64,000 nt of DNA, from positions 76,102 through 140,101 of the forward strand of contig JAEZRQ010000002.1 in the NCBI GenBank assembly GCA_023444045.1. Reading direction: 5' to 3'. The number at the start of each line of letters is the position of its first letter. Position 1 is the stretch's first letter. Source of the stretch: Candidatus Parcubacteria bacterium. GTDB taxonomy: Bacteria; Patescibacteriota; Patescibacteriia; Patescibacteriales; UBA12465. Of this stretch, positions 36,952 through 44,109 are shown piece after piece. A program made the translations under genes and the position numbers. The notes beneath the pieces are model-generated. The model did not search any database and was not told the DNA's origin. It was given only the letters and a program-made list of their open reading frames with translations.

Positions 36952-38541
36952 TTACGCCTGGAGTTTATCGTAGGCTCCAGCAAACCCGCGGCCAGCGTCA
37001 CCGTAAGCCTGATATAGGCCATTGGCAGCTGCCCAGCCGTTGGGATACGTCGGGCGACCGTCAACCATCGCAACTTCACCGAGAAATTCGGCAACAACCG
37101 GTTTAGGTCCAGACAGGTTTACCTTATCTGGGAAACGTTTGTCGCCTTTGGCAAGATATGCGGTTCCAGTCATCACCCCCGCCTCAACGAGAAAAGGAAT
37201 AGGACCTAAATCGCGAACATCAGCCACCTGAATGTCGCCCAATGTTACGGTTCTGTCCGGATTTTTCAGCAGCTTCACAGCCGCTTCAATCTCTGTCATT
37301 GCTTCAGCCTCCGATGAAACGTTTTCGCGTTTCATGATTTCCGGAAGACGCATAGCGAGCACTTCAGCTGCAGTAACACCAGGACACTGTCCGGCGTAAG
37401 CAGCGGCCAAGCAATGGTCGGCGGCGGCGATTACCCTGTCTTCTTGCGTTGGTTCAATTCTCAAAAATTTCAGGAGTTGACCCAAACTGGAAGCTTCCAG
37501 GTATTGAGCTGGTGGCAAACCGAATCCAGCGTTACCAGGATTATGATGGTCGCACTGAGCGACAATCGTAAGTCCAGCCGCGGCAGACGGAGCACATTCA
37601 AATATGATGCACTCCAGGCAATCCGTAGATTCACCTGCTTCGCTATCTATCTGATATCCGTCCGCCCGGTAAGCCGTCATGGGGTTACATTTTTCACCAC
37701 CCATGGTTGCGGTAGCTAAAAGTAAACCGTGCTGAATCGCAATTTTTCTGGCCCGTTGCTCCTCGATGTCGGGAGCACCAAAAATGATTACTCGCGGACA
37801 AAATGTTTCGTGGATGAAATTTTCCAAAGCGGTTTGGTCTGCGTATCCACCCCAGAAGGCATTAGTTTTAGTCGTAAGTCCTCCAGTCCAACCGCCAGGA
37901 AATTTGGCATCAATAGCCTTCACCACAGCAGGTGTGCCATAATAATTACTTTCACCATCTCCTGATAAAATCAAAAGATTTTGGCGAGTGCCCTGGGTTT
38001 CAAAAACTCTGTCAGCAATCGGCGCCGTTTTAGAATGTGCACAACGCACAACAACTAATCCGTTCGTGAATTTTTCCTGAGCCGCGACTGCCCGCTCGGC
38101 TTCAATCTCCTGCTCTGAAGTAATCCCCTGGCAAGAGCGGTCGAAAGCGCGCACTTGACGTATTTCTTCGATGGAAGCACCAGAGGCAACAAGCCCCGGG
38201 ATATACCCTTCGTCGTTAATGGCAATAAGAATATCTTCGCGGGTCGGTTTTACACCGATTAATTCAAGCACCTGCAGAATACTCTGCGGATTTCCGCTAA
38301 AATCACCATGATGATCAATTATCAAAGCATTAGTTGGCAGCTCAATATCAACCACCAATTCAATGAGAACAGGGATTTTACCAGCAGTTGTAACAGCTTT
38401 AATTGCGTCACTATAAGCTGAAGCTTTCGCACCCCAACCTAAATTGCCATTTATAACCTCGGCGCTAACCTCGGTTAAAATTTTTTCAATTTGCATCATT
38501 TCAGCATCTTTGCCTCCTAAAAAAAATACGAACTTTTTCAT
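36952..38541 (-). CDS. hypothetical two-domain protein with duplicated DHH-type motif (possible phosphoesterase)
   Basis: 529 aa and very GC-rich. IIDHHGD is at aa 74-80 and CDHHNPG at aa 330-336, each preceded by a similar beta-strand-like start (FVFFLGGKDAEM and VIIFGAPDIEEQ). Family not recognised. Confidence 0.6.
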   Translation of the reverse strand: MKKFVFFLGGKDAEMMQIEKILTEVSAEVINGNLGWGAKASAYSDAIKAVTTAGKIPVLIELVVDIELPTNALIIDHHGDFSGNPQSILQVLELIGVKPTREDILIAINDEGYIPGLVASGASIEEIRQVRAFDRSCQGITSEQEIEAERAVAAQEKFTNGLVVVRCAHSKTAPIADRVFETQGTRQNLLILSGDGESNYYGTPAVVKAIDAKFPGGWTGGLTTKTNAFWGGYADQTALENFIHETFCPRVIIFGAPDIEEQRARKIAIQHGLLLATATMGGEKCNPMTAYRADGYQIDSEAGESTDCLECIIFECAPSAAAGLTIVAQCDHHNPGNAGFGLPPAQYLEASSLGQLLKFLRIEPTQEDRVIAAADHCLAAAYAGQCPGVTAAEVLAMRLPEIMKRENVSSEAEAMTEIEAAVKLLKNPDRTVTLGDIQVADVRDLGPIPFLVEAGVMTGTAYLAKGDKRFPDKVNLSGPKPVVAEFLGEVAMVDGRPTYPNGWAAANGLYQAYGDAGRGFAGAYDKLQA

Positions 38542-38659
38542 TTTTTTATTTTTTTACCTCCTAACACATGTTCGGATTATTCTAAAACCCAAAATAATAA
38601 TTGAGATTTAAAATAATCCAAACAAATGCTTGATAAAAAAATATTTTATTTAAATGAAC

Positions 38660-38712
38660 TTCCTTTTCGTCGTTTCCGACTCATCAGCCAAGACACACAT
38701 CTTGGGAAGGAA
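38660..38712 (-). ncRNA. type III hammerhead self-cleaving ribozyme (copy C)
   Basis: UUCCU-UC^CCAAGAU-GUGU-GUCUUGG-CUGAUGA-GUCG-GAAA-CGAC-GAAA-AGGAA. The core is intact, with one U-G wobble in stem I. Confidence 0.9.
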
Positions 38713-38735
38713 GAGCAGATTTGAACTATCTGCTC
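38713..38735 (-). repeat. GUUCAA-loop hairpin (copy C)
   Basis: GAGCAGAU-AGUUCAA-AUCUGCUC sits directly 5' of hammerhead C. Here the upstream ~200 nt differ from the A/B module. Confidence 0.75.
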
Positions 38736-38939
38736 ATTTGTATTCTGTGTCGCCAGAATTTGCGTTGCCTAACTTTTTCCTGGTCAGGAGATATGAACAT
38801 ATCTCTTTTCGACAATCAAACCAGACTAAATTTTTACGTGTTAATTAGTTTTTCACGTCCAAGAAATTTATTCTAGATGAAGGCTTTACCTTCTTGGATT
38901 CCCCTGTTATGCCAACAAGACAGGGGTTAGCTAACCGAT

Positions 38940-39185
38940 TTATGACCAAACTTCTTTGATAATTTCAATCGGAATGCCAAGAATATCTAAATCTGATGGG
39001 GTTAACCCTTCAGATTTTAATTTCTTAGCTGTAGCTAAGGCCTTAGATCTCTCCGATTTTATTCGGAAATCTTCGACCTCTCTGCTGCAAGCATCACAGT
39101 AGCCGTCAGTGCCGCCCATATAATGGCCAGTCGCATTAGCTCCACAGCGCTTACAGGAACCAAAATATCCCGCCATAGCTTTCAA
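38940..39185 (-). CDS. small Zn-ribbon protein (CxxC…CxxC) with helical C-terminus
   Basis: CKRC…17 aa…CDAC. The track start is a TTG, and an in-frame ATG at 39176 gives 78 aa. Confidence 0.55.
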   Translation of the reverse strand: MKAMAGYFGSCKRCGANATGHYMGGTDGYCDACSREVEDFRIKSERSKALATAKKLKSEGLTPSDLDILGIPIEIIKEVWS

Positions 39186-39940
39186 AAATCTTACTATAAA
39201 AATTTCTAGAAGCTATAGCTGATTTTTTAAAATTTAAGGAACAACTCTTCCGAAGAAGTTTCTAAGTCCCAAACTTGTTCAAGGTTTAGAGGCTTAGCCG
39301 ATCTCTTCGTAAGAAAACGGTTGAAGAAACGATTGTTCTTGGAACTTACTCGTCGCTTACATTACGCAAGCTAATTGGGCCACCAAATACTTAATCAAAG
39401 TCTTTCGTGAGTTCCGGTTTGCAACGGACCTAACTACTTAACTAATTTCTTCTACCCACTTTTGTGGAGCAAACTAACAGAGCTGTAAATCTTAGGACAT
39501 GGACTCTCTCCGTCCACCTCAATCTCCTAAAATTTTCAATCACCTGTTTGGTGCTGCTTATTCCCTAAGCAACTTGGGAAGATTATGTACTAATCTTTTT
39601 TATGAATAGAATAGGCAATCATGAAGGGGAAAATTGCTTTATTAACTGAGTTAAACTAGGCATGGGGCGTCTAGTCATCTTAATCTCAATGTTTTTTGGC
39701 AGTTTATATATTGAGCTTCAACTTAAGTCTTGTGGCTAAAGCAGAGCTAAACCATCTTTATTCCTCTTCATAACTGCCTATTCTAAAAAAAGATAATAAA
39801 TGGAAACGGGTTAAACCTCATATAAGGAGATAAGCCGCTTTCACCTATTATCTTTATAGTTGAATGCTTTGACTTAATATCTGGCTCTCTCCTTCCATTT
39901 ATTAATTGTTTCTTTTGTTTGAATGTACTACCATCTTAAC
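39186..39940 (-). ncRNA. ~750-nt ORF-free, hairpin-rich leader / candidate large non-coding RNA of the island operon
   Basis: No ORF of 60 aa or more occurs in any frame. It lies downstream of a near-consensus minus-strand promoter. Many strong local helices are visible, for example an 11-bp AAAUUUUAGGA/UCCUAAGAUUU stem, an 11-bp AAUAAAUGGAA/UUCCAUUUAUU stem, and UUCG- and GNRA-like loops. The strand is inferred from the promoter and operon context. Confidence 0.4.
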
Positions 39941-39947
39941 TGTCTAA

Positions 39948-39976
39948 AGTATAGCATTATTTTATACTATTGTCAA
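39948..39976 (-). promoter_or_regulatory. near-consensus sigma70-type promoter driving the island operon
   Basis: Minus strand reads TTGACA (39976..39971), a 17-nt spacer, then TATACT (39953..39948). The -35 is embedded in the palindrome TATTGtCAATA. Confidence 0.55.
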
Positions 39977-40072
39977 TACTAAATAAGACATTTTTAGACT
40001 AATGTAAGTAAAGATGCTGACAATATTCATCTATATCCGCTTATTTATTATTAAATATTGTCATTTTATAAG

Positions 40073-40101
40073 TTGACATTTTTATTTTAAGGCGCTATAA
40101 T
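40073..40101 (+). promoter_or_regulatory. consensus sigma70-type promoter for the TrmB-like regulator gene
   Basis: TTGACA, a 17-nt spacer, then TATAAT (both perfect), about 50 nt upstream of the ATG at 40155. Confidence 0.65.
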
Positions 40102-40154
40102 ATAGACATAAATATTAAAATTTGTAAAGTTATCCACAGTCTAAAAATAAAAAT

Positions 40155-40904
40155 ATGTACGAAAAAATCATTAATAATTTAGGGCTTTCAAAGGTCCAGG
40201 CAGAAATATTTAACTGTCTACTAATAAACGGCAGTGATAAAGCTAGTAATATCGCTAGAAAAATAAAAAGGCCACGTGGTGTGGCTTATAAGGGTTTAGA
40301 AGAATTAGTATTTATGAAACTAGCAATCAAAGACGAGGATAAAAAAGGAATTGCTGTTTTTTCCGCTGAACACCCCAGCCATTTAGAAGATATTTTGGAT
40401 AAAAAAGAAAAAGAGTTTAAACACAGTCGTCAAGAATTTTTAAATAATTTACCGGACCTAATTTCTTCTTATAATTTAAGCAATAACAAACCGGGAGTTA
40501 AGTTTTATGAGGGTGAGGAAGGAATAGAGAAATCATTAAACGATACTTTACTAGCTAAAGACATTATTTATACTTTCGCTGATATTGAGGCGGTTGAGAA
40601 TAATATCAAACCAATTCAAGATGCTTATGCTAAAAAAAGAGAAAAGCAAAAAATAAAAAAAAGAGTTATCGTTGCCGACACCTCTTTTAATAGAAATTTT
40701 TTAAAAGGATTCAATAATGAATGGACTGAATTTAAATTCTTGCCACCAGAATTCTATAATTTTAGCAGCGGAGTTCAGATTTACGATAATAAGGTGTCTT
40801 ACCAGGTAATTGCCCCAGATAAAAAAATGGCAATAATTATTGAAGACTCCCACGTTTATCAGATGAATAGATTAATCTTTGAGTATCTTTGGAAAACCCT
40901 TTAA
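40155..40904 (+). CDS. TrmB-like winged-helix transcriptional regulator
   Basis: The N-terminus LGLSKVQAEIFNCLLINGSDKASNIARKIKRPRGVAYKGLEELVFMKL fits the TrmB-type wHTH pattern. Confidence 0.6.
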   Translation: MYEKIINNLGLSKVQAEIFNCLLINGSDKASNIARKIKRPRGVAYKGLEELVFMKLAIKDEDKKGIAVFSAEHPSHLEDILDKKEKEFKHSRQEFLNNLPDLISSYNLSNNKPGVKFYEGEEGIEKSLNDTLLAKDIIYTFADIEAVENNIKPIQDAYAKKREKQKIKKRVIVADTSFNRNFLKGFNNEWTEFKFLPPEFYNFSSGVQIYDNKVSYQVIAPDKKMAIIIEDSHVYQMNRLIFEYLWKTL

Positions 40905-43900
40905 TTTTTTTCAAAAACCAAATAACGGACATCACCAGGAAGATTTTTATCTTTAAAATACCTAGTTAGTAAGTATTTGTCTTCTTCTTTTTTTACTAAT
41001 TGATCATCTGACTCAGCTAAGAATAAAGATAAGGCTTTCTCATATTCAGACATTTCTGAAACTAAATCAAACTTCAAAACAACTACTGGTTCCCCCAAGG
41101 ATTCTTTAATTTCTTTTTTATTAATAATTAATTTTTTTAAACTATCTTCACTTAAATTTTTTGTATTCAACCTTTGATTTAAATTTTTATCTAATTTAAT
41201 AGAAAACATTTTTTCTCCGCTGCCATGATAACTATCAATAATAGCATCAGCAATAAAACCAACTTTTTCAACATAAGAACAGCCGGCTGGAATTTTAATT
41301 GATACTGCCGCCTCCAAAACATTTTTATTCCCTTCTGCCATCAGAGCTTTTTCCATTAAAACGTTGCCAATTGACAAACCTCTTAAATCTTTTGAAACAT
41401 TAAAAGACCCAGCATAAATATTATCATGATCAGTTTTCTCAAAACGGACAAAACCAATAACATCATCTTGATGTTTTAAAATATAAGCTTTTTGTTCTTT
41501 AACATCAACTAGAGACTTCTCTAAACCGTCAAGAACCGTCTCGGCCATTTTTTTATTATCAAAATCTGACCAGTTGTCCCTAGCAATACCAAGAACTTGC
41601 TGTTTATCATCTTCCGACATATCCTGGCCATAATCTTTAATATCTAAACTAATATTTTTGATAAGTTCAAGATCTAAGGTATCGCCACTGTTCTTAAGAG
41701 ATTCTAGGACCGAAACAAGAAAGAGGGTTTCAATTTTATTGTTTTCTAGTTTATCTAAGATAATTTTTAAATCATCTGAATTATTGTTTTCTAAGTCGCC
41801 CGAAAAACTAACAATAATATTATGCATTTTTTCTAAAAGTTTTTCTCTAAGTACCTTAAAATTTAGTTCCTTTTTTTCTTTGAAAAATAGGTTTTGCAAT
41901 TCCTCATTTTTTTTATCAATCAAATCAACAATTTGAGCAACTTTTCCAAAGAATAAGCTGCTGTTATCTCTCATTTTCTGGTCTATTGAGATTATTTTTT
42001 CAGCATCACTCTCTTCTACTCTTAAAGACAGGAATGATTTTACCTTATTTAATTTATCGTCCCCATCTTTTGCATTATTTATAAATTCAGCAGTTTGTTT
42101 AATTTTTTCTTCATTACTCTCGCTTAAAAATTTGAGTAAATATATCTGATATCGAAAGGGAATCTCTTTTAAGTTAATACCAACAACGTCTTTGATGTAT
42201 GATTCCATATCCGGACGATGCATGTGTTTTAAAAGCAAAATCGTCTCGTCACTATTATCTTCGGGGATAAAATTGACAATCTGATCGTCTTTAGTTAAAT
42301 CATTATAAGCACTAAAGTTAACTTTCAAAACATCACCATCTAAGGCCGCCTTTATTTCGGTTATTTTTTTAGCAATGCCGTTTAACAAAGACTCAGGGTC
42401 AGAGCAAATTGAAGATAACACCTGATAATGAGACTGAATTAATTCATAATTATCTTTTTCAGCTTTAGAGTATAAATCATTAATTTGTTTTTCCGCTGAA
42501 TTAAAATTTTCGTGATGGAGTGACCTTAATTTATTATATTCAATAAATAAACCATGGTCGTTTTTCCCTAGATTATTTAAGACAACGACAAAATCAACAG
42601 CAGTTGAATAAGCTAACTCTATTTTTTCTTTATCATAAGACTCAATAAAATCTTGAATCATTTCTTGAAAGCCACTATTTAATGAGTTAAAGACCCCTTT
42701 GCTAATTTCTTTTTTAAAAAAATCTAAAAAATTCTCCGATGCCTTAAGATTTTTTTCTTCCGCCTCATTCATAATACTAGAACGCTTAAGAAGTAAGTCA
42801 TCTTTAATCATCTCCAATTCTTTTTGTTTATTAAAAAAGTCAGAAAAATCATCTTCTGAAAGATTATCACTAATCTCTGACCAAGATTTAGCTAGTTTTT
42901 TTTCATCGCTACCACAATAAGGAATTAAAATTTTATGATTCAAGTAAACAATTAGATTTTCAAAATTTATTTTATTTGGCTGACTTAAAACGCTCTCTAA
43001 CTTTGTTATATCCTTAACAGAAATTTCACTTCCCATTTCTGTCTTTTTCTTCTGGTTAAACTCATCTTCTGAAAATAAACCATATTTTATTGGCATATTA
43101 CTATGATCAACTATAGCAACCGTATCAGAAGCCACCCGCACAATTTTATTATTAGGATCAACTAAGACATCTGGTAAAATTAATTTTTCTATATATTGAG
43201 AATCTTTTTTTTCTTCTTCTGATAAAGACTCATTTAATCTTAGATTACCAACATTTTCGGAAAACTTAACTATTCCTAAAGTAGGATTATCTTCTTCACT
43301 ATCAACTCTTTTTTCAACCAAATCAATTGCCCACCGTAAGAGAGCTGAGTCTGTTTTCTCTCTCATATCGGCTAATAGTTGATGAAGATTGTCCAAACCT
43401 TTTTGAGACGAACCAGTGCCAGCGGAATTGGCCGCTAACAATTTTATCAAATGAAGTTCATCAAATTGCTCTGCATAAGAGCTCCTATTAAATGCTTCTA
43501 ATAATTTAGCAAAGTCTTTTTCTCTATATTCCCAAGACAGACTGTAAACCAAGTCATCAGCCATACAGCCGCCAATTTGACCATAATTTTCTACCGCCCT
43601 AGTAGCTCTAGCTGTCAAGGCAAATTTGTCCGCTATATCCAAATTGGAACTTAAACTGGGACTGCTGCTGAAAAAATTATTTCTAACTGCTTTTAAAAAA
43701 TAATCAAAATTCGGATGCTGGCTATTGTGCTCACAAAAGTTTAATAAAGAAGTGACAATTATTTTATTAGCTGCTCTAAGCTTGCCAGAATATTCCTCCC
43801 TGGGATCAAAATCTTTGTCCCTAGCTTTAAAAAAAGAATTAATTTGCTCCTCGAAATAAACAATAGCCTCAAAACTATCATTAATTTCTACATTTTTATT

Positions 43901-44062
43901 TAAATATTTAGTAAAAAAATCCGTGGCCAAATCTTCTAAGGCATTTTTTTCCTGCTGGCTTAAAATACTCTGGTCTGCTAACAAAATCTCCTTTTCTTTA
44001 CCAGGATTATCTTTTTCGTTGCTAATTAGATTAAAATTATTTGGGTTGTTTTCTTTAAACAT
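40901..44062 (-). CDS. large orphan protein with C-terminal GNAT acetyltransferase-like domain
   Basis: 1053 aa and K/E/N/D-rich. The C-terminal ~150 aa carry a GNAT motif-A-like LRGLSIGNVLMEKAL, preceded by VIGFVRFE. Confidence 0.6.
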   Translation of the reverse strand: MFKENNPNNFNLISNEKDNPGKEKEILLADQSILSQQEKNALEDLATDFFTKYLNKNVEINDSFEAIVYFEEQINSFFKARDKDFDPREEYSGKLRAANKIIVTSLLNFCEHNSQHPNFDYFLKAVRNNFFSSSPSLSSNLDIADKFALTARATRAVENYGQIGGCMADDLVYSLSWEYREKDFAKLLEAFNRSSYAEQFDELHLIKLLAANSAGTGSSQKGLDNLHQLLADMREKTDSALLRWAIDLVEKRVDSEEDNPTLGIVKFSENVGNLRLNESLSEEEKKDSQYIEKLILPDVLVDPNNKIVRVASDTVAIVDHSNMPIKYGLFSEDEFNQKKKTEMGSEISVKDITKLESVLSQPNKINFENLIVYLNHKILIPYCGSDEKKLAKSWSEISDNLSEDDFSDFFNKQKELEMIKDDLLLKRSSIMNEAEEKNLKASENFLDFFKKEISKGVFNSLNSGFQEMIQDFIESYDKEKIELAYSTAVDFVVVLNNLGKNDHGLFIEYNKLRSLHHENFNSAEKQINDLYSKAEKDNYELIQSHYQVLSSICSDPESLLNGIAKKITEIKAALDGDVLKVNFSAYNDLTKDDQIVNFIPEDNSDETILLLKHMHRPDMESYIKDVVGINLKEIPFRYQIYLLKFLSESNEEKIKQTAEFINNAKDGDDKLNKVKSFLSLRVEESDAEKIISIDQKMRDNSSLFFGKVAQIVDLIDKKNEELQNLFFKEKKELNFKVLREKLLEKMHNIIVSFSGDLENNNSDDLKIILDKLENNKIETLFLVSVLESLKNSGDTLDLELIKNISLDIKDYGQDMSEDDKQQVLGIARDNWSDFDNKKMAETVLDGLEKSLVDVKEQKAYILKHQDDVIGFVRFEKTDHDNIYAGSFNVSKDLRGLSIGNVLMEKALMAEGNKNVLEAAVSIKIPAGCSYVEKVGFIADAIIDSYHGSGEKMFSIKLDKNLNQRLNTKNLSEDSLKKLIINKKEIKESLGEPVVVLKFDLVSEMSEYEKALSLFLAESDDQLVKKEEDKYLLTRYFKDKNLPGDVRYLVFEKN

Positions 44063-44109
44063 ATATTTTATGGTTTCATTATACCATAATATCAGCTTTT
44101 TGTAAATAG

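Noticed and set aside
37022-37965. Plus-strand ORFs of 69, 101 and 78 aa
   Set aside because: They are antisense to the 529-aa GC-rich CDS, the same GC-driven artefact.
33064-38735. Three (four) spaced repeats could be mistaken for a CRISPR-like array or a generic dispersed REP element
   Set aside because: The repeat units are 1.8-3.7 kb apart and separated by long ORFs. They are about 75-160 nt long and contain a complete hammerhead core. This fits neither CRISPR geometry nor short REP palindromes.
38654-38848. 64-aa plus-strand ORF spanning hammerhead C
   Set aside because: It overlaps the ribozyme, hairpin and structured spacer on the opposite strand, with no supporting signals.
39186-39940. 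The leader as RNase P RNA, tmRNA, 6S RNA or a group II intron
   Set aside because: None of the defining elements is found on either strand: no GAGGAAAGUCC/ACAGAA…CGGCUUA P4 pair, no tRNA-like acceptor/T-arm plus tag ORF ending in ALAA-type codons, and no domain-5-like AGC…GNRA hairpin. The GAGAGAGUCC and AUCGGCUAAG similarities are too weak.
32431-39976. The island as a prophage, ICE or transposon
   Set aside because: I found no integrase, transposase, terminal inverted repeats, flanking tRNA or clear direct repeats by eye. The acquisition mechanism is therefore left open.
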